Assembly (NCBI GenBank): GCA_965645245.1
Contig: OZ287075.1
Location: 2,170,001 to 2,234,000 of the forward strand
Source of the DNA: Massalongia carnosa
Lineage: Eukaryota
Direction of reading: 5' to 3'
Length of the DNA stretch: 64,000 nt
In this document: piece by piece, positions 1-11,946 of the stretch
Layout: each line of letters starts with the position of its first letter
Position numbering within the stretch: the stretch's first letter is position 1
Program-made: the position numbers and the translations under genes
Notes under the pieces: generated by a model
Databases searched by the model: none
Told to the model about the DNA's origin: nothing
What the model saw: only the letters and a program-made list of their open reading frames with translations

Positions 1-1093
1 ATGTGGACCAGGCTTCATGGCCTTTTTCACTGCATGCAGCACATCTTCGGTATCTACCCGTCGTTTCCATGTTGCATTCGGTGCTGGGATGGCCCCCGGC
101 GCAGTGGCCACAGGCGGTAGGATTTGGACATGAGCGACCTATGTGACCGTATTTGTGACAGTTGAAGCATTGCGTCATGGTACATCCCTTGGTGAACCTT
201 TCACAATCTTTGATTTCATAGTCGACCACAAGGCCTTCGGCTATGATCCGGTTGGCCGTTTCGGCGGTTGCGACTTCCATATGTAGCGTAGAATACGTCT
301 TTTTTTCCCTTATAGCTTTGACGGACCAGGCTATTTTCTTGATCTTCAGGTTCGGGTGCAGACGTGCGTTAGCGGCCTGTAGGTACTCTATAGCCTGCGA
401 TTGGTTGGCGGTTTTGATATTTTCGACCTTGACACCATTTACCCTGATAGAGTACGTTCGTGTCTTTATCGCGGCTGATTCGGCTACAATTTGAACCCAC
501 TCCGGTTTCTCTTGTAGGAGCTTTTTGGCCTCTAAAGATTCGGTATGAATCTTGAGATCTCCGCTCATGAGACGTGATATTCCCCGAATCCCCTTCGTCT
601 CACGTTGTAGTGTCTCCACGAGATCTTTTGTTGTCACGTTCTTTACTTTTTCTTTGTCTATTGTGTTCGGAACGACGATGGTTATTTCCCTGGCCTTTCG
701 AATCTCTTGAGGCGAGGGCTCGGTGTGCTTTAAGTGTGCAGTTGGCTTCGTGCTACGTGGGACCGGTGGGGCTTGAGCGGCCTGGCCTCTGGTGGCAGCG
801 GCGGCGTAGTTATCCGAGTTTGTTGTGACTGCTTTTGCTCCTTCGATGCGAGCAAGGCTTTTCTGGATTTCTGTTAACGTGACGTTTAGAGTCTTCGACG
901 TCTTGTCATCGTCGTTGTCGTTGTCGAAATTTCTCTGATTTTCGAGAAAAATTTTCACTTCCTGCAGGACCATGGTCCCCTCCGGTTCACCCTCATCTCC
1001 TATTCCTACAAGATAATCATTTATCTTGTCCAGCAGATAATCTCTCTGCTGCGTGTGCGCGACCACGAACGATTCTTCGAATTCAGCGTTCAT
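1..1093 (-). mobile_element. LINE (Tad1-like) ORF1/gag with CCHC zinc knuckles, degenerate, runs off the window start
   Basis: Manual minus-strand translation gives QCFNCHKYGHIGRSC, CGHCAGGHPSTEC and CAACSEKGHEAWS, the triple zinc-knuckle typical of fungal LINE ORF1. In-frame stops are present upstream. Confidence 0.75.
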
Positions 1094-1410
1094 GTTGTTC
1101 CTTATCTCGTTAATATTGATATATTTTTCGAAGAGTCCGGGCTAAGAATGATAAAATAGAGTTGACATCTCCTTCGTGAAGTCTCTATCCCAGTTTTCGT
1201 TCATCTCACTGGTGCGTTTTACGGCCCAAGACTATTGATGAATTCTACGATTGGGGTGAACGACGTCCCTTTCGCCCAGGTCAAACCCAGTTTACTCCTT
1301 AAGCATATATCAAGGGCAAGTCTAGCCGTAGCCCATGCGCCGGCGAACCGACGGGGTCTCGTTACGAGCGAGATAGACATTCCCTGCTCTATATAAACCG
1401 ATCTATATTC

Positions 1411-1660
1411 TATATAGTACTGAAAGAGTTCCCCTGCTACTTTGGGCAACACTACCTCATTCGGTTAGATAAAACCTCATGCGGTTAGATTTAACCCGGA
1501 AAAGGGAACGCGGCTTGCGGAACAGTACTGAGTTATCTATTGTATATAGTACTGAAAGAGTTACCCTGCTACTTTGGGCAACACTACCTTATTCGGTTAG
1601 ATTGAACCCGAAAAAGGGAACGCGGCTTGCGGAACAGTACTGAATTATCAAATAATGCGG
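1411..1660 (+). repeat. Two tandem copies of a ~110-130 bp unit; third copy at 5352-5490
   Basis: Unit TATATAGTACTGAAAGAGTT(C/A)CCCTGCTACTTTGGGCAACACTACC...GGAACGCGGCTTGCGGAACAG starts at 1411, 1543 and 5352. Confidence 0.9.
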
Positions 1661-2035
1661 GGAGGACCTCCCTGCGGACAGGACCAAAAATTCCCCTCTT
1701 GCCTCGACCGTACCGGACCGTTTCACTTCGTCAAACTTCGGAGATCAACTGATCCTGTTGATATCAGTCCGTATCGCGAAAACTACGTTCTTTTACGTTC
1801 GTTGTGGGCCGCGAGAGGTGATCGTTGTTCGCGTTTTTCATGTTTTGATGTTCCCGAAAACTGCGCTAAATCCGTCCGTTCAATGAACCTGCGAAAACCC
1901 TCGATTTGGTTTAACGTAGTCTTAATTGGGTTTAGCATTAACAATTATCTGATCTCTTCGCAACAACAGCAACGACTACCGCTATATCTTTGCAGCCTAG
2001 CTCTTCTCCTCGAGAAATCGTTTCTCGACTTCCCA

Positions 2036-5000
2036 TTCCGTTACGACAATGGTGTTCTATCCGTAGACCGCATAATAAAGTGAATTCTCCGGAAAATCCT
2101 CCCGCAAAACGCGTTAGTCTAATCTTACGACCACCGAAAACGTTCTGTTAGTCTTTTCCTGCGTCCGCCTGCTCCTCCAAGAAGTTCGATTGTATCTCCT
2201 GTCACTCTTCTATCTTTGCAGAGTTCGCCTAACAGTTCAATAACGAATTCCGTTTCTCCCGTATCGTCGGCTTTCCACTCGCCAAGCCCGCCAAATCGAA
2301 ATGATTTGCAGTTGGAAAATCCGAACATTTGGGAAGAAATGCTGCTCAACGAAGCAGAAGCGGGTCAGTACAATCACAACCGAGCTCGCGGTTTCGTAAG
2401 GTCGAGTTTCGGACATATTTCTCCATCCATTGCGAGTTCCAGACCTGTTTCTCCACCTGTTAATCATCGTGAGTCACGAAGAAATCGTCGAACACGTCGT
2501 CGCGACCGTACTGTTGAAGCCCGTGACCATGCGGCTGCAAATCGTAACTTTCCTGCCGCATTTAAAAGTCAGTACACTTTAGAATCCGCGATACAACGAA
2601 TTCAACACATGACAGATCATTGCAGAAACTTGCGGTGCGTGGCATTGGGAAACGGAAGCTGTTCAGAGTGACAGAAGACGAGATCGAGTATAAAAATCCT
2701 GTTGCAAGCGAGGTGGTGTCGTGTTGCCACCGTTTCAGCCTCCTCCTGATTATTTACGGCAACTGTTAATTGGTGACGATATTAGAACCCGCACATTTCG
2801 CAAAAACCTCCGAAAATATAATTCCACGTTGACGTTCACCTCCGTAAACTACAAACCCGATCGCCGACTTCCTCGCAACGGTCGTGGACCGGTATGTTTT
2901 CAAAATCACGGAGAACTGTATCACCTGCAAGGTCCTTTGGATCCCGTTGACGATTCTCCTCGCTTTGCTCAACTGTTTTTTACGATCCCGACGAAGCAAC
3001 CGCGATTCGTACTCGACAACATACAGAATAGGATCCCGATATTGTACGACGTTTAACAGAGATGTTGCACAATATGAATCCCTTTATCAGGCTTTACAAA
3101 TCCGCCAGCGAGGCTTTGCGGGAGAATGCGGCCACAACCGATGATCGTCGTGTTACGGATCCTACGGCCTTATGGAATCGATACGCAAATGATATATATG
3201 ACGATTTACCGCATCGATTACGATCAATGACTGATGTTCCTGACGATTTAATGAGCCCGCATTTAGATTACGGCCTTTATTTGTTAAACGGAGGTCTTTC
3301 GGATTTAGGAAAACGATTAGAGGATTAGAATATGCCGCTGTTTACATACGATTGGGGTCGGAGTACTGGAAATCCGTTGATCGCAAATGAAATTGTGACG
3401 AAGCGAGAAGTAAATAGATTTCTACCATTGCGCCACCTGTCCTCCCGACCAAAAGGCACAATACTTAGTCCGCAGACCAAGCTCTATTCTACTATAACTG
3501 GGACTCCTGCTTTGTTCGCTGTAGGTCCTGCCGTCCGCACCACGCATGGTCGAACCGTTACAGAAATGACTTACGATTTCAACGAAGAAACGACGTTACG
3601 AAATGAACGATATACTCAATTGAATGCGGATCAAAAATACTGTTTTGATACCATTGTTGCGGGAGTTAGAGATTATCCTAGAATGGCGCATTTTTTTGTT
3701 CACGGACCTGCAGGAACAGGTAAGACTTTTTTATATTAGACTCTTTGCAATGATATTCGGGCGGAGAATAAAATCATTCTTTGCGTTGCGTCTCCCGGCA
3801 TTGCGGCTTTACTTCTTCCTAGCGGACAGACTTCACATTCCCGGTTGCAAATTCCTTTGATTTTAAATGAGGACAGCATGTGTAATATCACCCGCAACAC
3901 GCATTTACACTGTCTTTTGCAACGCACAGCCTTAATCATTGGGGATGAGGTGCCGATGCAACACAAACAATGCTTCATGGCCGTACATCGCACTTTTACG
4001 GACCTTTTAGGTAATGACGACCTTTCGGAGTAATTCCGATGGTGTTAGGCGGAGATTTCGCTCAAATCTTGCCCGTTGTTCCCCGTGGAAATCGGGAAGC
4101 CATCGTTGCGGCGAACATTCAAAACACCTTCTGTGGCCGCGATTTCAAAAACTGTTTTTGCGTCAAATCATGCGAATTCGTAACGAAGTCGCCAATGAGG
4201 CGTTTGCGGACTGGATCGGGAAAATGTCTTATGATCCTGCTTTTTCCGGTCGTGTTCAGCTACCGGAACAAGTCAATCAACTGAACAACTTAGACAGTTT
4301 CGTGGACACCGTTTTTCCTTCCGATCGCATGCGGCAAGCTCATCTGGATGCGGATTCTTTCGCAAGTCGAGCAATTTTGACTTTGCGGAACGATATCGTC
4401 GCGGAGTTAAACGGTGCAGTACTGAATAAATTGCAGGGCGGTTCGCACACCTTGAACTCCGTTGATCAAATAGAGAAAGATACGGCGCAGGAACGAGGAG
4501 ACTTTCTTCCTCCCGAGTTTTTACAACCCTTGCAAACATCGTCTATACCACCTTCACAATTGCAACTGAAACTTGGAGCCCGAATCATTTTTTTGCGGAA
4601 TTTGTATCCCAAACTTGGTCTCTGTAACGGCACCCGATTACGTCTTACTCACATTTCGCGGACCTGTCTAGAGGGAAAGATTTTGGGATAAGAATTCAAC
4701 GGTGAAACGCGATTAATTCCCCAGATTCTTCTTAATACCACGGAAGGCGAGTTGCCCTGGATCATAAGTCGCAAACAATTTCCGATACGATTGTGCTTTG
4801 CTATGACTGTCAACAAGTCGCAAGGTCGATCATTGGACACGATAGGAGTCGATTTGCGAGCTCCTCCTTTTACTCATGGTCAGTTATATGTGGCATTATC
4901 TCGAGTTATGGATGTGTCTCGATTGTGTATGTTGTTTCCGGAACGAAATGACTGGAAAACGGATAACATTGTATATCCGGAAGTAATTCTGCGATCGCAA

Positions 5001-5048
5001 CATGACATGATAACTCATGTTCCTCCGAATCCTGCTGTAAGTTTATGA
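2036..5048 (+). mobile_element. Helitron Rep/Helicase pseudogene (Pif1-family helicase), frameshifted, Rep domain apparently deleted
   Basis: ORF fragments contain FRKNLRKYNSTLTFTS, FAQLFF, FFVHGPAGTGKTF (Walker A), LIIGDEVPMQ, VLGGDFAQILPV, LRNL..GLCNGTRL, RKQFPIRLCFAMTVNKSQG and FTHGQLYVALSRV. Confidence 0.9.
3394..3562 (+). mobile_element. Solo LTR family 1 (~170 bp), TSD GAAAT
   Basis: TGTGACG...CGTTACA flanked by GAAAT at 3389-3393 and 3563-3567. Four more copies occur in the window. Confidence 0.9.
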
Positions 5049-5351
5049 TGATATAGGGTATCATGTCACTTAGAAAATGTATTCAATTGCAAAATAGAGA
5101 GCAAGTTTATTGTGTTATCAAAAATTTATCGTCCGGGTCATCAAGTGTGACATTTTCCGCTAATTTCGCAAGTCGTAAGTTTTAGAAATTTTAAGAAAAG
5201 TTTTCAATTTTTCGATTTCAATCCTGAAATTAAATAGATAATTTTGTATTGCATACGTGGTTTTAAATTTACAACCTTTTACGAATTGTATCGATCGTAA
5301 AAACTTGAAACCGGTTCCAAAATCTCAGTTCTGAGATGGCACGGTCTCGTC

Positions 5352-5490
5352 TATATAGTACTGAAAGAGTTCCCCTGCTACTTTGGGCAACACTACCTCA
5401 TTCGGTTAGATCAAACCTCATGCGGTTAGATTTAACCCGAAAAAGGGAACGCGGCTTGCGGAACAGAACTGAGTTATCCAATAATGCGGA
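5352..5490 (+). repeat. Third copy of the ~130 bp unit, downstream of the Helitron helicase
   Basis: Near-identical to 1411-1540. Confidence 0.9.
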
Positions 5491-6099
5491 GAGGACGCCG
5501 TACGGAAAGGACCAAAAAGAGGCACCTCATTGCGAGCATGCATTTCATCATATGATATCGTAAAACTTTGCAGACCTACTAATCACATCAACCATAGTCG
5601 ATATCTCGAAACTTGCGTGCTTTTTCGCCCGTTTGCGGTGGGGGGAGGAGGTCTCTTTGCGAAGCATCAGATTTTTGAAATCGTCCATAAGAGATTTAGC
5701 GCGGACTCGATCTCGATTGGGTTTACGGTGCTTTTCGTGTTATTTACCTATCATCGCAGCTCTTTTCATCCTAGCCTTTTCATCGCAGCTCCTTTCACCG
5801 CTGAATATCAACGTGAACTCGATACAGGAATATTAACGGAAGATACTTTGACGAAAAAAATTGACGATGATATAGATAAGACTCGAGACGGACGAGCTTA
5901 TAATCACGTCAAACGACATATAATAGAAAATCGGGTTGGAAGGGAGAAACGGAGTCGATTAATTTTACGCTTCTAGAGTGTCTCATTATCGACAGCTTCG
6001 AGAAAATAGACGAATTCAAGATGCACGAGACCAAAAAGCTAAAGAAGCTATGCGAAAAGCGGCGGAAAAAGAAAATTGATAACGAGGGAGATAGATATT

Positions 6100-6495
6100 G
6101 AGGCTATTCAAGAGGCTATCTGATAGCTATTTGGGAAACTATTTGGGAGACTATTTGAAAGGCTATTTGAAAAGCAGCGGAGATTATCTGGGAGACTATT
6201 TGGGAGGCTAATTGGAAAGCTATTTGGGAGGCTATTTGGGATATTATTTGATAGCTAAGCAGAATATCTGGAAGGCTATTTGGGAGGCTATTTGGAAGAC
6301 TATTTGAAAGCGGTGAAGATTATCTGGGAGGCTATTTGGGAGGCTTTATGCGAGGCTTTATGCAAGGCTATTTGAGATACTATCTGAAAAGCAGCGGAGA
6401 CTATTTGTGAGGCTATTTGATAGCTATTTGGGGGAATATTTGGGAGACTATTTGGGAGATATTTGAGAGATACTTGGAAGATAATTGAAAGGCTA
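6100..6495 (+). repeat. Degenerate 12-bp minisatellite (GGCTATTTGGGA)n, left part
   Basis: Many variants of GGCTATTTGGGA/GACTATTTGAAA. The array resumes at 7674-7860 after the LINE insertion. Confidence 0.85.
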
Positions 6496-7673
6496 TTGAT
6501 TGATTGATTGATTTTTCTTACGCCGATATGACACCAGCTGAAGCTGGCCCATGCGGGAGATACTACATAGGCTATATAAAGGCAGAAAACCCGAACGGGT
6601 AAAAAACTGCTCCTGCGTACCAGGTTTGTAGAGGACTCGCTCTTTCCCCGGGTTGATCTCTACGGTTTGGGAAACCCGCTATACCCGTTATGCGCCTGAG
6701 TAAGTGCAAGAATAAAAGAGAAGAAAAGAAAATAAGTAGAAGAAAAAACCAATTCTCCTCTCATTATTGCTCCGTCATTTGCGCGGCAATGGTGTACTGT
6801 GTTAGTATGCCCGTACGCATAAGCCATGCAGTGATTATTTTGATCGCTTTGGGGTCTGTTATCAGTTTTTGATAATCCAGCGAGCCAGCTGCACGCAACA
6901 TATCGATTCTATTATGCAATCCGCAGAACATTATCACATGTTTCGCCGTTTGAAAGCGGCTTCCGCACAGGCAGGCCGCGGACTCAATGTCTGGCACCTT
7001 GCGTTTGAATAGAAAACTCGCTAACCCGATTTTCTCTGTTCTAATTTGAATTGCGAGGGAGCTTTGCGCCTTATTCAGCAGCTTGTGCGTGTTCAACCTG
7101 TTTTTGTGCAATGGACCCGACTGTGCTATTGTTGGATCAAGCGTATGTATTGATTGATACGCTATCCATTTGTCCTTCCATTTTTCTTTAAATCGTTTCG
7201 CTATGATTCCGTCTCTTTCTCTTTGAAGTGCGGCATATTCTGCTCGTTTTTCCTCTTGTGCATTCTCCGCTTTTTCCCATGGTGGTGTGCGTTTGGGCTT
7301 TCTCTTTGTTGATACTTCAGCTGTCAGCTTGGCCACCCATCTCTGTCTACGAGCTCCCGGTGTTTCTCCAATAATCCGTTGTCGCCCTCTTTTCCCTTTC
7401 AATCTCGTTCTGATTTTCTCGCATGCCTGTTCTATGACTTTTGCCTGACCGTTGTGTTGTAGCCTCGATCTACCTTTGGCCTGCAGATGATCCAAATGTT
7501 GCGTCAATGGACAGATGAATGTTTCCGCCTGTAACACCTCGATGGGTGTGGCCCTGTACGCTCCGGCTACTACTCGTAAACATTTGTTTTGTACGATCTC
7601 GAGTTTGCTTTTCCTCGTGACTTTGACGTGCTTTTGTGTTTCCTCCGGCGTGTGCCATACCAGAGAACCATGG
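6496..7673 (-). mobile_element. 5'-truncated LINE (ORF2 C-terminus plus 3' UTR) with (TCAA)n tail and TSD
   Basis: ORF 6764-7537 has SLAIQIRTEKIGLASFL and CLCGSRFQTAKHVIMFC, a LINE C-terminal zinc finger. Tail TTGATTGATTGA at 6496. TSD AATTGAAAGGCTA at 6483 and 7674. Confidence 0.85.
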
Positions 7674-7860
7674 AATTGAAAGGCTATTTGGGAGGCTATT
7701 TGAAAGGCTTTTTGGGAGGCTTTTGGGAGGCTTTTGGGAGGCTATCTGGGAGACTATTTGAAAAGCAGCGGAGACTATTTGAAAGGCTATTTAGGGGCTA
7801 GATGTGGGGCCTTATAAAAATCAGCGGAGGCTATCTGGGAGACTATTTGGAAGATGCTTT
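7674..7860 (+). repeat. 12-bp minisatellite, right part
   Basis: Continuation of the GGCTATTTGGGA units. Confidence 0.85.
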
Positions 7861-8604
7861 GACAGATGCTTTGGCGGGTGCCAAGGAGGAGATAGCGTAG
7901 GGCCGTTGCGGAGCGAAGCGAAGCATGTCCGGAGCAGAAATCAGAGATATTTTGAGATTCGCATGAAAAAATAGCAAGCCAAATAGTAAGTAAATGAAAA
8001 GTAGTAGTAAATTAGATTTTTTCATTCGAAACATCTCAGGTCTGAGATGGCACTTTCTCGTATGCGCATACTGTCCTCTCGGGCTATGCAGACGGTCTCC
8101 GTACGGTGGCCGCCATTGCATACCACGCCTCACGGGTTTTTTACGCCCACTTCGCGTTATTCATAAAGGTCTCCCGTTTATGAACCGACCATGTCTCGCA
8201 GGGATTTCGACCACTATGCTCCTGACCAGGCAGTATAGTATCGATTTTCCGTCCCTACTAACCAAAACGAGTCGAGGACAACTCGGAGGGGTGCTCGTTT
8301 GAAATTCGTCTATTAGCTCAGGGCCTAGACTGTTCTCAATTAACGGGTTCCTCGTATATTGCCCTCTTCTTGTCCCAAGGGTGTCCTATTTGATGACTAG
8401 GTTGCCTCCACCATCCCCGGTACGACTCCGGTTCGGGCCGTGTTGCTCACGGTAGCCATCAATCGGATGGTTTTCATAACCCAAATCCCTTGTATCGTGT
8501 AGGGTGTGACCCTACACTATGTGTCTATATGTTTTATTTCTTTCAGCCGGAGGGCTCCGTGTTGTAGACGAAGGAGACCCGTGTGATAGACATAGCTGAC
8601 CCGT

Positions 8605-9354
8605 GTCGTACGTCTTTAGCTCTCAGCCGATGACTGCACGAAAGGACTTGAACCTTTAAGAGTATGACCGAACGTTGTTAACGAGGTCTATGAAAATCTT
8701 ATTAACGAGGTCTTCGAGAACAATATTAACGAAGTTCCGCTGAACTCTTTTCATTCGTTTTGTGATCCATCGAGGTCTACCCGTGTCAAATCCACACCAT
8801 GCCCGTGTCAAAATACATTATTTTCAGCTGATGACTGCTAGAAAGGACTTGAACCTCTAAAAATATGTACTCCGATATTAACGGGGTGCAGATCTGTCTT
8901 AACGAGCCCCCGCAGAACCCCGTTCACAGGGACGTGTTATTGATTTGTGACTGTGTTTTTTGTGACTGTGTGTTTTGTGACTGTGTGTTTGTGACTGTAT
9001 GTTTGTGACTGTGTGCTTTGTGACTGTGTGCTTTGTACAACGTGTGATTGATGACTATGTGTTTTGTGACTCTGTGTTTTCCTCGATTTTATTTAACAGA
9101 CCGGGCCTATTAAATGGGATATTGTTATTCTGCTCCGAGATGGAGTTTTCTTGAGGTGACAGCATTCGCCCCGGTGCCTTTACGCGTTCTGTTGATCCCA
9201 GCTGATGACTGCATGGGGAGACTTGAACTCTCAGGAGCTAGAACGCGTGTCGACTGTGCCCGGGTGGGGGATGATGCGGCTCCTTTGGTCCACATCTTCT
9301 TCCAGCTGATGACTGCATGAAGGGACTTGAACCCTTAGAAGCATGGTGCAGGGA
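8605..9354. ncRNA. Four copies of a putative structured motif: core CAGC(T/C)GATGACTGC-N2-GRRRRG-ACTTGAA-CYYY inside a variable closing stem
   Basis: Copies at ~8605-8668, 8814-8869, 9182-9248 and 9281-9354. Core is conserved. Closing stems differ in sequence yet pair (GTCGTAC/GTATGAC, TACAT/ATGTA, ACGCGTTCT/AGAACGCGT). Function and transcription are unknown. Confidence 0.45.
8944..9080 (+). repeat. ~14-15 bp tandem repeat (TTTGTGACTGTGTG)n
   Basis: About 8 imperfect units visible. Confidence 0.85.
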
Positions 9355-9496
9355 CGCGCGCATTCTACCCCCCGGCGGTTGGCCTTCGTATCCTCTTCCG
9401 TACGTACGTCTGCGACGCGTGTGAACGCGTTAAATTAGCATTGTTTTGATGCGAAGAGATAGGAGCAAATCTATATGTTTGACGGTCGCCCCACGG

Positions 9497-9622
9497 TGAG
9501 GACCGATGGTGTAGAAAGAGGAGGACCGATGGTGTAGAAAGAGGAGGACCGATGGTGTAGAAAGAGGAGGACCGATGGTGTAGAAAGAGGAGGACCGATG
9601 GTGTAGAAGGAGGAGGACCGAT
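9497..9622 (+). repeat. 23-bp tandem repeat GACCGATGGTGTAGAAAGAGGAG, 5 units plus a partial
   Basis: Units start at 9501, 9524, 9547, 9570, 9593 and 9616 (partial). Confidence 0.95.
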
Positions 9623-9625
9623 CTG

Positions 9626-11148
9626 CTGCTTTCCTGTATGGCTTCCTAGATGAAGCCATATATGTCATACAACCCACCTTGTTCGAAAAAGGGGAGAACA
9701 AGGTCTGCTTACTACGAAAGGCCCTATATGGCCTAAACAATCCCCTCGTGTATGGTACCAGACCCTGCAAGATTTTCTGCAAAAGATGGGGTTTAAACGA
9801 ACAGATTCGGATCATGGAGTCTTTGTATCGGACGATATCTTTATAGCGATTTACGTTGACGACCTTCTCATCTTCGGAAAAGACACTTCAAATTGCAGCA
9901 ATTGCAACACGAATTGAAGTCCCGTTTCCGCATGACGGACTTGGGAGAAGTCTCCCATTATCTGGGAATGGAAGTCGATGTCAACATCGAAAAATCGGTT
10001 ATAACTCTTCGACAAACAACTTACCTGAAGAAGGTGCTGCAGCGATTTAATATGGTCGACTGCAGGCCCATTTCCACCCCCATGGACCCCGGTGCCGGAA
10101 ACACACTCATGCCGTCGGATGACCAGGCCGACAAGGAAACAATTACCTGGTACCAGTCGGTGGTGGGCTCGCTGATGTGGCCAGCCATGCATACACGCCC
10201 CGACATCGCTTATGCAGTGGGAGTACTGAGTCGATATTGTTCGAACCCAGGCCCATTACACTGCAAATATCTTCAGCGCATTATGCGCTATATATCCAGT
10301 ACCCTAAATACAGGCCTCGTGTTTAGAAAAGACACCGAGGATGACATTGTGGGATACTCGGACTCAGATTATGCTGGAACGAAAGATGGGAGAAAATCGA
10401 CCGGGGCCTATACGTTTTTGTTAGCAGGCGCCCCAATTTCTCACTGTTCCAAGCTACAACCTACCGTCGCCCTATCCACCTGCGAGGCCGAATATATGGC
10501 CCTGACGGAAGCAGCTAAAGAGGCCATTTGGTGCGCGCGATTTCTGGCCGAGTTAGGATATCGGAAGAAGGACACCCCTGTCCTACTTCGAGGGGACAAT
10601 CAAGGGTCAATTGCATTGGCTGAAAACCCCGAATTCCACCGTCGACCAAGCACATCGAAATCAAATGGCATTGGATCAGGGAGGTGGTTGAATTGGGAAG
10701 GGTAAGCATCAAGTTTATCCCTACCACAGAGATGGTGGCAGATGGGCTTACAAAGCCACTGGCCGCTAAACCCTTTGAGGACTTTAAGTCAATGCTTGGC
10801 ATGGGCTAAACCCAAAGAGGCAAAATAATCCGGAAAGCCTCAAGATGGCTGAATGGGAGTGTTGAATGTTAGATGATGAGGTCACCATCATCATGGGCAT
10901 CCATCATGAGCCTCGGGAGGTGCCTTGCAAAGTGCCTAAACAAGCAGAGATGAGAGACAAGGTCTGACCGTCAGGGGACAAGGTCTGACCGTCAGGAGGA
11001 CAAGGTCTGACAGTCAGGGGGACAAGGTCTGACCTCCTAGATGTGACTGTTTTGTGACTGCTATATAAAGCAGACAAATAGCCCAATAGCTAATCACCTT
11101 CAATGACAATCATGCTACTATACCTACAAAGTGAATTTATATTTCATA
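9626..11148 (+). mobile_element. 3' portion of a Copia retrotransposon (RT/RNase H, PPT, 3' LTR 10860-11148), same family as 38084-50894
   Basis: LRKALYGL, IYVDD, TRPDIAYAV and GYSDSDYAG motifs, with two 1-bp deletions relative to the right copy. LTR TGTTGAATG...TTTCATA matches 38084-38330 apart from extra ~21-bp repeat units. Confidence 0.95.
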
Positions 11149-11946
11149 CTATCTTGCCAGCTTGTCATCATCGCGTCCATGAAAGCACTGATCTCCTTCA
11201 GGTGCTTGGGGCTTGATATAAAAAACTCCATCGTGCCCATTGTGATTTGGTTGACATACTGAAGTAAGCCATTGTTGGACTTCAGTGGATTACGAGATTT
11301 AATAATCTCAAGAAAGTCTGACAGCTTTGGAATCCAATAGTCATTCATAAACCTGTCACCTCGTTAGCAGTGCTCACGGCGAGGTACAGGTTGTCTCTGA
11401 CGGTGCTTGTAAAAAGCTCAAATAAGTTTTGTCGCCGAAATTTCTTGAGAGTGTATTGTGCGAATACTCTCCAATTTCCAGAAATATATGACTGAGCAAA
11501 AGCGCTCTCATGAGGCGGTCTTTTCATTCCCAGATCAATTCATGAGCGATGGATTTTGAATAAGGGGACATAGTTATGACTAACTAAAACTTGATCGACA
11601 TTTAGCTGGCGCGCTAGTGCTTCGACGCTCATTGTCTCCTCGACAAACACGTCGAAGACTTTCGTACGTATGACCGCCTTCAGAGCTGCTGAGATGGTAG
11701 GCTGCCCTGATGAGAGTTCAAGTCAGTTCCGAGCGTCTCGAATGCAAATGTTCAAAACAACCGCAAGCTTACACCCAAGCTGATCCCACAAGCTTCATTC
11801 TCGACAGGTTGAATCGCAGAAATAAGACCTAGAACAGCGAAAAAAAGGTCCTGGCCTTCATCTTTTAAGGACAAGGAGTTTCTGGATTTTTTGCCTTCCG
11901 CAACCTCATTACCTACCGAGTTCAGAGTAGACTTAAACCCATCCAA
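11149..11946 (-). pseudogene. O-methyltransferase, N-terminal half
   Basis: Fragments resemble the fungal OMT dimerisation region (AVLGLISAIQP.., ISAALKAV.., ELFTSTVRDNLYLA). It ends ...MMTSWQDS at the LTR and continues in frame at 38083. Internal stops present. Confidence 0.7.

Noticed and set aside
8605..9354. Canonical hammerhead ribozymes, tRNA genes or SECIS elements
   Set aside because: No paired stem II and GAAA broken in two copies; no D-arm or acceptor stem for a full tRNA; spacing too short for SECIS. Kept as an unknown motif.
9497..9622. CRISPR-like array
   Set aside because: Head-to-tail repeats without unique spacers, eukaryotic context, no cas genes.
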